From Candidatus Micrarchaeota archaeon (GTDB taxonomy: Archaea; Micrarchaeota; Micrarchaeia; Anstonellales; Bilamarchaeaceae), in contig JBBSVO010000006.1 in assembly GCA_038046805.1 (NCBI GenBank), positions 132,452-196,451 of the forward strand: 64,000 nucleotides of DNA, in the 5' to 3' direction. Both the position numbers and the translations under genes were made by a program. Below the pieces are notes generated by a model. That model made no database searches. It saw nothing but the letters and a program-made list of their open reading frames with translations, and was not told where the DNA came from. Shown here one piece after another: positions 47,992 to 57,754 of the stretch. The stretch's first letter is position 1. Every line of letters begins with the position of its first letter.

Positions 47992-48242
47992 TGTATTCTA
48001 TAGATTTTACCGAATCCGCGCGAAAGGAGTTTCTACGTATGCCCACGCAGGAACAAGAGCGCATTGATAGCGTGCTTGATCGCATTAGATTAAAGCCCTA
48101 CTTTTTTGCTATGCGTCTGAGCGGTTCAAAAGCATATCGTATCCGCGTTGGAAAATTGCGAATTATCCTGGATATCCTGGAAGAGAATCAGCAAATAATT
48201 GTTCTCAAGCTAGGAAATCGGGAAACCGTATACTTACCGTGA
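47991..48242 (+). CDS. RelE/ParE family toxin
   Basis: YSIDFTESARKE, YRIRVGKLRII, LGNRETVY. Confidence 0.9.
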   Translation: MYSIDFTESARKEFLRMPTQEQERIDSVLDRIRLKPYFFAMRLSGSKAYRIRVGKLRIILDILEENQQIIVLKLGNRETVYLP

Positions 48243-48950
48243 TTTCGCAATCCCCAGACACTCCTCCTTAGTCAATGTGCGGACGCGCCGTTTTGCAAAC
48301 TCTTCCGGTGCGACAATTCCTGCGTGTGCATGCGCCAGAGCATTGCGCACGGACTGGTTTTTATGCTGGAAAAGAATTCGGATTATTTCCTCATCGTGTT
48401 TTGTGATTTTTGTTCCGCTCGGAACTAAAGTAATCATTTCCGAATCCACTTTCGGTGCAGGAGAAAACAAATGCCTCGGAACTTTCTGGACAAGTTCAAC
48501 ATCAAACGCGAGTTGTGCGGTTACCGACAGGCGGCCATAATTCGAATCGTTCGGCTTTGCAACCATTTTCTCAGCGAATTCCTTCTGGATAATAAGAACC
48601 GCGCGTTCGAAATCATAATCCTTCAAACGAAATATTATCGCGGATGAAATGTAATAAGGAATATTACCCATAATTATGTCTGCGTGGATTGGTTCAATCT
48701 CCAGAAAATCATCAGTGATAACGTCCACGTGCGGATTCCCATTAAATTTATCTTTCAATCCGCTTGCGAGTTCCTTGTCCTTCTCAATCGCGAGCACTTT
48801 AAGCGCACCGCCTTCTATTATCTTCTCGGTAAGCCGCCCGTCCCCTGCGCCAATCTCAAGCACAGTCTTGCCAACAACATCCGCAACCAAAACCTCCTTG
48901 CGTAAAATGTTCGCATCGCAGAGGAAGTTCTGACCCATTCGTGCCTTCAC
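48234..48950 (-). CDS. rsmA: 16S rRNA m6,2A dimethyltransferase
   Basis: GQNFL, LEIGAGDG, NIPYYISS, QKEFAE, YGRLSV, PKVDS. Confidence 0.95.
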   Translation of the reverse strand: MKARMGQNFLCDANILRKEVLVADVVGKTVLEIGAGDGRLTEKIIEGGALKVLAIEKDKELASGLKDKFNGNPHVDVITDDFLEIEPIHADIIMGNIPYYISSAIIFRLKDYDFERAVLIIQKEFAEKMVAKPNDSNYGRLSVTAQLAFDVELVQKVPRHLFSPAPKVDSEMITLVPSGTKITKHDEEIIRILFQHKNQSVRNALAHAHAGIVAPEEFAKRRVRTLTKEECLGIAKSR

Positions 48951-49189
48951 TTATTCCCCTCCATAATCAGTATTCCGTCAATTATTCCATAGGCATAATT
49001 CGCTGCCCCGAACGCGGTAAAATAATCCTTTTTCTCAAAATAGTGCTTAGCGTCCTTGTAGTAATTCTCAGCCCACTCATGGACCGAAGGGTATTTCTCT
49101 GCCAGTCCGAGCTTCTTGAATTCTGAAAGTATCTCTTTTAGTTTCTCAATATCTTTGTGCGTTCTTTCACGTTCGTCCATCAAAGCCAT
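48947..49189 (-). CDS. DUF357 domain protein
   Basis: YYKDAKHYFEKKDYFTAFGAANYAYGIIDG. Confidence 0.88.
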   Translation of the reverse strand: MALMDERERTHKDIEKLKEILSEFKKLGLAEKYPSVHEWAENYYKDAKHYFEKKDYFTAFGAANYAYGIIDGILIMEGNK

Positions 49190-49252
49190 ACATTTAATAA
49201 CCTTACAAGAGAATATAAACTTACTTTTTGTTTGATTACAACAGTGATACTA

Positions 49253-49873
49253 ATGGACAAAACTAACGATTCAAAGCCAGGAACTCAAGACCAGAAAACG
49301 CTAAACCCAAAACACGAAGCGAGCAAACTGGTCGAGCCAGGCACATATCTGGCAGGAGCAGAAGAAGTACTTCCAGGACGAGGTACCTTTAGCGAAAATG
49401 ACGAGATTTTTGCCGCAACTTTCGGTCATGTCGCATCAACCGAGCGTAACGCAATTGTTGATTCAAAGAAGCGTATTCTTGAGATAACTGTCGGAACAGA
49501 GGTTTACGGAATCGTAACCAATGTTATGGATAGTAAGGCACTTCTTCAGATTATTCCATTAAGCGATGACAAGAATGCGAGATTCCCTCCATCCGAAACT
49601 GCAGTGCTAAAAGTATCATCTATTTCCCCTTCATTCATTCGTGATATTCGTGATGGCATACGTATAGGTGACATTGTCCGTGCAAAGGTTTTCTCCACTC
49701 GTGACGGAATGGAAATAAGCATGCGCGAATCAACCGAATATGGCGTCATAAAAGCCTTCTGTTCAAGGTGCAGGCATGATATGATTCTTAAATCTGGTGG
49801 TCGTCTTATGTGCAGTTCATGTGGCTGGATGGAAAGCCGCAAGGTTTCAAAATTTTATTCTCTTAAGGAATGA
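49253..49873 (+). CDS. csl4: Exosome complex RNA-binding protein Csl4
   Basis: PG.YL..EE..PG.GT, S1 domain GDIVRAKV, GVIKAFCSRC...CSSCG..E.RK. Confidence 0.92.
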   Translation: MDKTNDSKPGTQDQKTLNPKHEASKLVEPGTYLAGAEEVLPGRGTFSENDEIFAATFGHVASTERNAIVDSKKRILEITVGTEVYGIVTNVMDSKALLQIIPLSDDKNARFPPSETAVLKVSSISPSFIRDIRDGIRIGDIVRAKVFSTRDGMEISMRESTEYGVIKAFCSRCRHDMILKSGGRLMCSSCGWMESRKVSKFYSLKE

Positions 49874-49892
49874 TGTTTTGTGAGGTGTCTTT

Positions 49893-50168
49893 ATGGAAGT
49901 TTTGATTTTGATAAATGAAAAAGGAACGCTCGAATTTGAAATGAAAGACAGTGATTCATCGCTTGGAAATCTTCTTGTTTCGAAACTTAATGATGAAAAA
50001 GGAGTGGAATTCGCTGGTTTTAAGGTAGAGCACCCATCTGAAAACAGGTGCAGCGTCATAGTTAAAACAAAGAAAGGTGACCCAGTCAAACTTGTAAATG
50101 AAAAACTTTCAGAAATTGAAGAAGAGCTCGAGTCATTCAAAAAGGATTTTAAGGCAGCAGTGAAATAA
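49893..50168 (+). CDS. rpoL: RNA polymerase subunit L (Rpo11)
   Basis: SLGNLL, GVEFAGFKVEHP; follows csl4. Confidence 0.9.
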   Translation: MEVLILINEKGTLEFEMKDSDSSLGNLLVSKLNDEKGVEFAGFKVEHPSENRCSVIVKTKKGDPVKLVNEKLSEIEEELESFKKDFKAAVK

Positions 50169-50204
50169 ATTAACCGTGAATATTATTCTCACTGTCGTGT
50201 TCCT

Positions 50205-51218
50205 ATGAAACTTAGCGATGCACTTCGTTCTCCAAAATATCAAGCGATAATACTGGTAGTCCTGCTCGCATTTTATCTTCTTTCTCCAAACGATTTTTTC
50301 AGGGTTATTTTCGGTATCTTAACTGCCCTTACATTTCTGGCAATGGTTGCACTTGAAATGAAATCTGGTGTTGATCAGCAGGGATGGAAAAACGAGATTA
50401 AGGATACTGCCGTGTTAATTATTGTGGTTTTGATCTTCTGGTTTGCAATCCAATTCCTATTGAATACGTCCTCTCCAATCTCTGCGGTTGTTACCTGTAG
50501 TATGCTTCCAAATCTCCAACGCGGAGATTTTGCAATCGTGCAGGGTGCGATTCCAAACGCGCATGAAATAGAATTAACGAAAGCGGAATTACAGCAATTG
50601 TTCGGAAAGAGCACACTCATTTTCAATGGTACAAATACGGAAGTTTTCGGTTCTGCATATTCGTATTGCCTTGGCGTTGGTTCCGGGACTCAGTTATGCG
50701 CCGCGTTTGTAAGCAGTCCGGAATCCATCACTGAGGTCCGCGGACCATTGGAATTCAAATATTCAAAATGCAATCTTGACAAGAAGACCGCAAGTGGCGG
50801 AAACAACGGAAACAGCGGCAGCGCGATAATCCGATATGAAGAGCCGTGCGTGAGCGAAGTCATCCTTTCAGCGAGCGGCAAATCTTTCAAACCAAATTAC
50901 AATAACGACGTCATAGTCTATCAGCCAGCGAAATACGAATATTATTCACTTAGCGGAGATATAATCCACCGAGCCTATTTCAAAATCAGGGTGCAGGAAA
51001 CAGGAGAATTTTATTTCCTTTCAAAAGGAGACAATAATCCCGTGCTGGATATCCAGGTTTTTGATTATTATATCGGAATGGGCAATGAGCCTATCTCAAA
51101 ACAGAAGCTAAAAGGAAAATTAATTGCCAAGGTTCCGCTTCTCGGTTACTACAAGCTTCTTCTCTCAGGTTTTTTCACAGAACCGCCACAATGCGCAACG
51201 TTGTTGGAACAGAAGTAG
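50205..51218 (+). CDS. Signal peptidase I (S26/Sec11-like) with large insert
   Basis: VVTCSMLPNLQRGD, IIHR, KGDNN. Confidence 0.85.
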   Translation: MKLSDALRSPKYQAIILVVLLAFYLLSPNDFFRVIFGILTALTFLAMVALEMKSGVDQQGWKNEIKDTAVLIIVVLIFWFAIQFLLNTSSPISAVVTCSMLPNLQRGDFAIVQGAIPNAHEIELTKAELQQLFGKSTLIFNGTNTEVFGSAYSYCLGVGSGTQLCAAFVSSPESITEVRGPLEFKYSKCNLDKKTASGGNNGNSGSAIIRYEEPCVSEVILSASGKSFKPNYNNDVIVYQPAKYEYYSLSGDIIHRAYFKIRVQETGEFYFLSKGDNNPVLDIQVFDYYIGMGNEPISKQKLKGKLIAKVPLLGYYKLLLSGFFTEPPQCATLLEQK

Positions 51219-51236
51219 TGATTCAACTGCCTTGGG

Positions 51237-52046
51237 CTATGGGCCTTGAGCAATGAGCCCTGTGCTCTGGGCCACCTCATTTAGAATCAGCAACGTACCC
51301 ACTATCGCGAGCAATGCCGCCATCATTGTCCTTTGTTTTTTTTCGTCTATCCTGGCAGAGTGTCCGGCGCCAATCCATGCCCCGGTCATTGCACCAACCA
51401 GCACTACCCCCGCCACGCTGAGATTTACATTCCCAAGCGCGTAATGCGTCATTGAGCTGGGTATTGCGTATATCGCAATCATCATCAGGGATGTGGGAAC
51501 CGCTTTTTTGATTGAAATCCCCCGCATTTTCGTCAGAAGCGGGACAAGAAGTGCACCCCCGCCTATCCCGAAGAATCCAGATGCGAATCCTGCAGATGCA
51601 CCGATCGCAGTTGTATTGATTATTTTTTTATTCAATTCTCCTTCTGCACTTTCTGTATCTCCCATCGTCTCGGTGTTTTTTTCTCTTTCCAAAAATGTCA
51701 TTGCCGCAAGCACAAGGATAAGGATTCCCAGAAGTGCCATAAGCCAGCTTCCGGCGATATACTGCGTGAGCATTGCGCCGATGATTGAGAACACAATGCC
51801 GGCAATCCCGCCAATCAGAGCGGTTTTGTATTTTATCAGCCCCTGTTTGGAAAACTGAAGCGCTCCGGCAATAGCGGTTGGTATCGTCAGTGTAATTGCA
51901 GTACCAACTGCCTCGGTTCCAGAGAACCCAAGGAGAATCCGGAAAACAGGTATTGCTACAATTGCCCCGCCTATTCCGAACAGCGATGCAAGAACGCCTA
52001 TGAGAATTCCTGCAACGAATAGTAATGCTATCAGCATGATTTCCAT
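51237..52046 (-). CDS. Sulfite exporter TauE/SafE family
   Basis: Duplicated FGIGG(G) motifs, AVGT / AVPTSL, about 8 TMs. Confidence 0.9.
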   Translation of the reverse strand: MEIMLIALLFVAGILIGVLASLFGIGGAIVAIPVFRILLGFSGTEAVGTAITLTIPTAIAGALQFSKQGLIKYKTALIGGIAGIVFSIIGAMLTQYIAGSWLMALLGILILVLAAMTFLEREKNTETMGDTESAEGELNKKIINTTAIGASAGFASGFFGIGGGALLVPLLTKMRGISIKKAVPTSLMMIAIYAIPSSMTHYALGNVNLSVAGVVLVGAMTGAWIGAGHSARIDEKKQRTMMAALLAIVGTLLILNEVAQSTGLIAQGP

Positions 52047-52060
52047 ATCAATGCGCCGGG

Positions 52061-52867
52061 TTATCCGTAATGGCTGTCTCCGAATTCAAGGGTTAAAATC
52101 TGTCTTAACCTATCTGTTAATTCGTCTTTCTCCTTTTTGGACAGTTTAAGCCCTTCCATTTTCTGGTCCCATTTGGCAAGTGCGGAAGCAATCCGTTGCA
52201 GTGTCTGCTCTCTTTCTGTGCAGGTTGCGTATTCAAGAAGTGATTTCAGCGCATAGGGCGAATTGCTTTCTCCAAGCGTATCTATTACGGCATTCTTCAG
52301 CATGTGCATAGATTCCGCTTCTATAGAAGAGAAAAACGTGAAGTGGTATGTCAACAATTTTGCCGCGTCATCCCCCTCAAGTCTTCCAAGTAACTTTACT
52401 AACGCAATAAGTCCCTCTAGCGAGAAATTATAATTAAACATCGCTCTATATACGTTTATTCTGATCTGAGAAGGATCTGCAGTTGGTAATTTTCTTTTGA
52501 AATGTTCAAAATTGTGCATTGTTTTCATATCTGCAGCCTGCGAAAGGTTTTCATGAATCATGTAAAGTATCATCTGCTTTACTGTGTCGTCTTCCTTTGC
52601 ATATGCTTCAATGATTCGGTTCTCTGCCTGAATCCTGGAATCCTCCCTTGTAGCAACAGGATAAAATCTGAATGCAAAAAATGCCTGTTCTATTTCCTTA
52701 ACCAGTGCCGCCATGCGTTCATCTTTCTTCCGTTCCTCTTCGTTCTTTTCAGGTTGTGGGGGGGCTGGAGGCTGGGCCCGAGTTTGGACTGGTTGCTGCA
52801 CAGGATTAAGATTCTCGTTTTTCTTTGCTTCCTTTATTCCGCTTGTTTCTTTTTTCTCATCAGGCAT
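52061..52867 (-). CDS. Hypothetical all-alpha (HEAT-like) protein
   Basis: Pro/Gln N-terminal linker followed by helical repeats; alternative start 52888. Confidence 0.65.
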   Translation of the reverse strand: MPDEKKETSGIKEAKKNENLNPVQQPVQTRAQPPAPPQPEKNEEERKKDERMAALVKEIEQAFFAFRFYPVATREDSRIQAENRIIEAYAKEDDTVKQMILYMIHENLSQAADMKTMHNFEHFKRKLPTADPSQIRINVYRAMFNYNFSLEGLIALVKLLGRLEGDDAAKLLTYHFTFFSSIEAESMHMLKNAVIDTLGESNSPYALKSLLEYATCTEREQTLQRIASALAKWDQKMEGLKLSKKEKDELTDRLRQILTLEFGDSHYG

Positions 52868-52930
52868 GGAAATCCCTTTAAACAGCATATTTGTTAATCA
52901 ATTTGTTATGTATTATCTGCAGGTGGTTTT

Positions 52931-53500
52931 TTGAACATACTACATGAGTTATATTTCGCCACGAGCAATGAACATAAATTCAGCGAGGCAAAACCTATTC
53001 TCGCCGCATCAGACATAACTATAATCCATTTTCCTTTTACTCATAATGAAATCCGCTCGGATAGCCTTGAAGATATCGCATCGGAGGCAGCCATTACGGC
53101 CCATTCCAAACTAAAAAAACCTGTTTTTGTTGAAGATACTGGTCTTTTCATCAATGCGTTGAATGGTTTTCCTGGAACCTACTCTGCCTGGGTCCAGAAG
53201 AAAATAGGAAACGAGGGTATTCTCAGGCTTCTCTCAGATATGCCAGCACCAGAGCGTTCCGCATCATTTAAGACTGCCATTGCGTACGTGGATAAAAGCG
53301 GAAAAACAAAAACATTCATAGGCGAGTGCGCAGGGTCTATTTCGCTAAAAACACGCGGAAAAGGTGGCTTTGGGTATGATTCCATCTTTATTCCGAATGA
53401 TTATACTGTTACATTTGCCGAAAACGTAAGTTTAAAAAACAACCTCTCTCATAGATATAAATCCTTACGGCTTTTTGCTGATTATTTGACATCCATGTGA
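52931..53500 (+). CDS. rdgB: Non-canonical purine NTP pyrophosphatase (RdgB/HAM1)
   Basis: FATSNEHKF, VEDTGLFI.ALNGFPG, GFGYD.IF, KN.LSHR. Confidence 0.95.
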   Translation: MNILHELYFATSNEHKFSEAKPILAASDITIIHFPFTHNEIRSDSLEDIASEAAITAHSKLKKPVFVEDTGLFINALNGFPGTYSAWVQKKIGNEGILRLLSDMPAPERSASFKTAIAYVDKSGKTKTFIGECAGSISLKTRGKGGFGYDSIFIPNDYTVTFAENVSLKNNLSHRYKSLRLFADYLTSM

Positions 53501-53612
53501 ATAGCTGTATCAATTGTTAGATTAACAAAATTTATTTAGGTGAATTAATACATTGAACGGCGTTCCGTTCAAAAATAAAAATTTCGATAAAGGTTCTTAA
53601 GGTGAAATTTTT

Positions 53613-54068
53613 ATGGCACGATTACATTCAAAGAAGAAAGGAAAGGCAGGTACGAAGATGCCTAAGCAGAAGTCTGCACCAGAATGGGTATCTGTTTCTA
53701 AAGCAGATTTAACTACGATGGTTGTAAAGATGGCTAAGGAAGGAGTTCCTGCGTCGAAGATAGGTCTTGCATTGCGCGACCTGAAAGGCGTACCGAGCAT
53801 TCGGGCGGTTACAGGAAAGCGCATGTGCGAATTGCTTAAAGACGAGGGTGCTTCCCCCGAATATCCAGAAGATCTTATTGCTCTTATTAAAAAGGCAGTG
53901 AAAATACGCACACATCTAAAGGATTCAACCGCTGATACGCACAACGCGGTCAAGCTTTCTCACATTGAGTCCAAGATAAACCGTCTTGTAAAATATTATG
54001 CTCGCACAGGCAGAATTCCGAAGAACTGGAGATACTCTCCGGAAAAAGCGGCTTTGCTGGTTAAATAA
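53613..54068 (+). CDS. rps15: 30S ribosomal protein S15 (uS15)
   Basis: MARLHSKKKGK, PEDL..LIKKA, ESKINRLVKYY. Confidence 0.96.
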   Translation: MARLHSKKKGKAGTKMPKQKSAPEWVSVSKADLTTMVVKMAKEGVPASKIGLALRDLKGVPSIRAVTGKRMCELLKDEGASPEYPEDLIALIKKAVKIRTHLKDSTADTHNAVKLSHIESKINRLVKYYARTGRIPKNWRYSPEKAALLVK

Positions 54069-54092
54069 TACTTCTAAATGCAGGTAGATTTG

Positions 54093-54683
54093 ATGGCTGA
54101 TAAAAAATCCAAAGTAGTTGATAAATGGAAGACAAAGGTATGGTACTCTGTCCTTGCTCCAGAAATGTTTGAAGGAAAAGAGATAGCAGAGGTTGTAGCA
54201 TCTGATGAAAAGCTTCTTCAGAACAGGATTGTAAAATGCAGTCTTATGGAAATGATCGGTTCGGGCAGCCAAAATGCGATGTTTACCTCTTTGAGTTTCA
54301 GAGTTTGTGATGTAAAGGGAAAGAATGCACACACAAAATTAATTGGCCATGAGATATCTCCTTCATATATCCGCACACTTGCAAGAAGGGGAAAAACACT
54401 TATCCACCTTGCTCTTCCTGTCAAGACAAAGGATGACGGTGCTATTAATATTAAACTGGTTGCAGTCACAGGCGCACGTGTGAGTGCAAATACGAAAAAG
54501 AACCTGCTCAATACGATGACGGAAGAAGTGCAAAAAGCCGCAGAGGAATTAAGCTATGACCAGCTTATGCAGGATGTTCTTTACGGAAGACTCGCATCCA
54601 AGATTTTCAACAAACTGAAGCAAATCACATTCATGAAACGCGTTGAAGTGCGCAAGAGCGAGAAGAAAGAAGAATTTAAGTAA
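54093..54683 (+). CDS. rps3ae: 30S ribosomal protein S3ae (eS1)
   Basis: DKWKTKVWY..APEMF, GHEIS.SYIR, RVEVRKSE. Confidence 0.95.
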   Translation: MADKKSKVVDKWKTKVWYSVLAPEMFEGKEIAEVVASDEKLLQNRIVKCSLMEMIGSGSQNAMFTSLSFRVCDVKGKNAHTKLIGHEISPSYIRTLARRGKTLIHLALPVKTKDDGAINIKLVAVTGARVSANTKKNLLNTMTEEVQKAAEELSYDQLMQDVLYGRLASKIFNKLKQITFMKRVEVRKSEKKEEFK

Positions 54684-54698
54684 TTCTCGGCTGATTTT

Positions 54699-55025
54699 AT
54701 GCTTCCAAACATGGATCCAAAGCAGATGGAGCGCATGATGAAGCAGATGGGGATAAATTCAAGACAGATCCCTGCATCCCGCGTTGTTATTGAAACTGAT
54801 TCTGAGAATCTTATTATTGAAAATCCACAAATTACGGAAATTTCAATGCAAGGCCAGAAATCTTATCAAATCGCCGGAACAATCCGTTCGGAATCCCTCA
54901 TCAGCGAGGAAGACATCAGGATGGTTATGGATCAGGCGGGTGTAGACAAGGAAAAGGCCGTGGAATCCCTGAAAAAGCACAAGGGAGACATCGCTGCGGC
55001 GATAATGGAATTGAAATCAGAATAA
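54699..55025 (+). CDS. nac: Nascent polypeptide-associated complex protein
   Basis: DPKQMERMMKQMGI, UBA-like EEDI.MVM.QAGV...GDIAAAIMEL. Confidence 0.94.
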   Translation: MLPNMDPKQMERMMKQMGINSRQIPASRVVIETDSENLIIENPQITEISMQGQKSYQIAGTIRSESLISEEDIRMVMDQAGVDKEKAVESLKKHKGDIAAAIMELKSE

Positions 55026-55093
55026 CCAAGTTAACTAAAGTAGTTTAGTATAATTTAATTTATTCTCAGGATTAACTATCAGGATGTGTTCTT

Positions 55094-55516
55094 ATGTTGG
55101 CTATGGCTATTGCTCGAAAACCTTTTTTTGATAGTTTAAATCCTTTCAAACGCGGTCCGAGCCGATCGACCGTTAAAGACTGGTTGCTAAGCGGAGATCA
55201 TACTGCTCTTTGTGAAAACACTGTTTTGTATCGCGGTGCTGTTCTTTCTGCCGCAACCAATCTCGTTTCAACATTAGGTGGTGAACCAATGCGCGTCAGG
55301 GATAGAGCTGCGAAATTCCTTTTAACAACAGCAAGAAGCGGCGAGGATCTTTCAGAAGTTGCCGATATTCTAGCTCCAATTGTCCGGAGAGAACTTGATG
55401 CTGACATTCGTTCAACCATCATCTTAGCGTTAAGAACGAGTTTTAATGCCGATCCAGTTTCAAGGGAGAAAATTCTACGAGCAGTGCCTGACCTAAGAAC
55501 GCTTCAACTGGACTAA
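55094..55516 (+). CDS. Hypothetical helical protein
   Basis: 140-aa ORF, HEAT-like pattern. Confidence 0.55.
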   Translation: MLAMAIARKPFFDSLNPFKRGPSRSTVKDWLLSGDHTALCENTVLYRGAVLSAATNLVSTLGGEPMRVRDRAAKFLLTTARSGEDLSEVADILAPIVRRELDADIRSTIILALRTSFNADPVSREKILRAVPDLRTLQLD

Positions 55517-55566
55517 ATCCTCTTAAATGCCAATCAATAAAAATCTTAACCGCCAATATCTGACAT

Positions 55567-56181
55567 ATGAAAAAAGAGCTCATTCTCATTGCATTTCTTA
55601 TAATCATTGCGGTTTTCCTTGTGAGTGTGAGCAATTTTTACAAAAAGAACATTGAAATTGCAGATGCAAAGAAATTCGTGATGGATGACCTGGCATCGAA
55701 GTATCCTGGTGCATCCATGTCGATCCTCAGCGTGACTAATAGAACAAATACAGCTGGGGACAAATATTTCGAGATAAAGGCAAAAGCGACCCAGGGCGAT
55801 TCCACACCCTGTCCTGAACGTGTGCACATCTACTATAATTATCCAGCGCAGAATTTCGTAACCCAGCCACCAGATTATGTTACATTGAACTGCAAGGTTT
55901 GTTCAGGAGTAGAGAACAAGAAATGCGTTATTGCATTCTCTGAAGAAGCCATAATTGCGTCTCATACAATGTCTGGTACGGCTGAGGTGGAAGCGTATAT
56001 AAAGAGTTATAAAGATGTTCTTCCACTAACCTCAGAGGATGATAGCGGGTGGCTAGTCGTATGGGATTCTCCGTTCGCTTCATATTCTTATACAGTATCG
56101 GTTTCAAGAAGTGGTTCCATCTTAGGAATTGCAAAAAAAGAGAAAAGCAATAATCTTGAAAAAAACACAACTGGTGATTAA
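55567..56181 (+). CDS. Membrane-anchored extracellular hypothetical protein
   Basis: N-terminal TM; four Cys. Confidence 0.7.
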   Translation: MKKELILIAFLIIIAVFLVSVSNFYKKNIEIADAKKFVMDDLASKYPGASMSILSVTNRTNTAGDKYFEIKAKATQGDSTPCPERVHIYYNYPAQNFVTQPPDYVTLNCKVCSGVENKKCVIAFSEEAIIASHTMSGTAEVEAYIKSYKDVLPLTSEDDSGWLVVWDSPFASYSYTVSVSRSGSILGIAKKEKSNNLEKNTTGD

Positions 56182-56183
56182 CA

Positions 56184-56354
56184 ATGAGCTGGAAACAATC
56201 AAAAGTCTCTATGCCTATGGCATCCGCAGGTATTCTTGGAGTTTCTTCTGATGAGAGGATGGCAGGAATAGAGGTTGATCCCAAAACCGTGGTAATCGGA
56301 AGCCTGCTTATAGTAGGGATTATAAAGTTAGTCTCATTCCTGTTCAAAGCTTAA
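56184..56354 (+). CDS. secG: Preprotein translocase subunit Sec61beta (56 aa; below the ORF-track cutoff)
   Basis: MSWKQSKVSMPMASAGILGVSSDERMAGIEVDPKTVVIGSLLIVGIIKLVSFLFKA: P.S.AGI and DPKTVV followed by a TM; GGTGA RBS. Confidence 0.85.
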   Translation: MSWKQSKVSMPMASAGILGVSSDERMAGIEVDPKTVVIGSLLIVGIIKLVSFLFKA

Positions 56355-56377
56355 CATGACCGCATAGATGCGGGCTG

Positions 56378-56917
56378 GTGATTTCATTGTCTGTTGAAAC
56401 CGTTCTTGGTAGCATTGCTTTGGCTTTTTTCAAATTATTGATAGGCCTTGTTCTGGCAATAGGATCAATTTATCTTGGAACAAATCTTCTTGATCGTCTA
56501 ACCAGGGATGTTGATGAGTGGAAGGAGATAAAGCGTGGGAACTTTGCCATAGGTATTCTTTTCGGCGGGGTTATTCTTTCAATTGCTATCATAATAGAAA
56601 ATGGGGTTTCTGCCGCTCTTTCCGCGATTGTGCCTGGAATGAGTTTTCCAAGTTTAATCGTCTCATTGTTTGTGTCAGTACTCAAACTTCTCGTAGGAGT
56701 TCTTGCAGCGGTTTTCTCAGTTTACATGGCGCTTCGCGTGATCGATTCCATAACCCATGATATCGATGAATTAAGCGAACTGAAAAAGGGAAATGTAGCA
56801 ATGGCTATTGTAATGGCCGCAGTGATGATTGCAGTATCCTTTGTCATAAAGAGTTCAGTGGATATTGTCATGGCTGCAACTGATTTTAGTATTATCTCGG
56901 ATTTTTTCGGAGTGTGA
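56378..56917 (+). CDS. DUF350 domain membrane protein
   Basis: Two repeats of LT.D.DE..E(I/L)K.GN.A..I. Confidence 0.85.
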   Translation: MISLSVETVLGSIALAFFKLLIGLVLAIGSIYLGTNLLDRLTRDVDEWKEIKRGNFAIGILFGGVILSIAIIIENGVSAALSAIVPGMSFPSLIVSLFVSVLKLLVGVLAAVFSVYMALRVIDSITHDIDELSELKKGNVAMAIVMAAVMIAVSFVIKSSVDIVMAATDFSIISDFFGV

Positions 56918-56949
56918 CTTTTTAAATTCAATTTTGTATAATTATAGTT

Positions 56950-57615
56950 ATGCATGTTTCCGCATGGTATGATAAGGCTGCAGTAAAATACGCGACTTTC
57001 AGGAGACCTCAAAAGGAATTTGAGGCAATCGATCATTTTCTTTCACCCAGCCAAAGGCGCATTCTAGATGCCGGGTGCGGTCATGGAGACGTATCTCGTT
57101 ATATGGCATCCAAAGGAAAAGCAGTCACTGCAATTGATGTGTCTACAGAGTTAATCCGTATCGCAGGTTCAATGCGGGCTAAAGGCTGTTCGTTTCAGGT
57201 TGCGGACATGCAACAGTTTCAACCCGATGCCGGCACCCTGTTTGATGGCGCGGTTTTTCTCTATTCCCTTATCCACAATACAAAAGATGAAACAGTCTCC
57301 ATTTTGCGGCGCACTTCGCAATTTCTCAATCCCACCTATTCATCTCTTTTTGTAGTCCTTCATAACATTAATCTTTATTCGGGTTGCGTAACCAGGGTGG
57401 TTGTACCATCCCAATTTTCCGACGATCAGGTTGAACTTTACCTGTGGCCAATGAAAGAGATTTACCAGGTGTTTTTTGATTTGGGTATGCGCAGCATCGA
57501 AATATCTGTTCGTCAGCCGGAGAGTAACGAGCTTCCGTTTCCACGTATTTATGTCGTAGGACATAACATCCAAGGGGTTCCATTGAATTATTTCGTAACT
57601 ATAAAACCATTGTAA
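56950..57615 (+). CDS. Class I SAM-dependent methyltransferase
   Basis: ILDAGCGHG, AIDVS, ADM, FDG....YSLIH. Confidence 0.88.
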   Translation: MHVSAWYDKAAVKYATFRRPQKEFEAIDHFLSPSQRRILDAGCGHGDVSRYMASKGKAVTAIDVSTELIRIAGSMRAKGCSFQVADMQQFQPDAGTLFDGAVFLYSLIHNTKDETVSILRRTSQFLNPTYSSLFVVLHNINLYSGCVTRVVVPSQFSDDQVELYLWPMKEIYQVFFDLGMRSIEISVRQPESNELPFPRIYVVGHNIQGVPLNYFVTIKPL

Positions 57616-57754
57616 ACTATTCATCGTCTCGCAAACTACGAAGTTGTTTTTTTTGACTTCGGATATTATGGATGGTCACCTCATATTAGTGGTTTGCTAT
57701 AATGTGGCCTCTCTTTTTATTCTTTGTTTTTCATTATATCCCCAGTTGATTAGC

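Noticed and set aside
57644..57754. Hydrophobic N-terminal extension on ProRS
   Set aside because: Upstream TTG in T-rich intergenic DNA; the conserved sequence begins at ATG 57755
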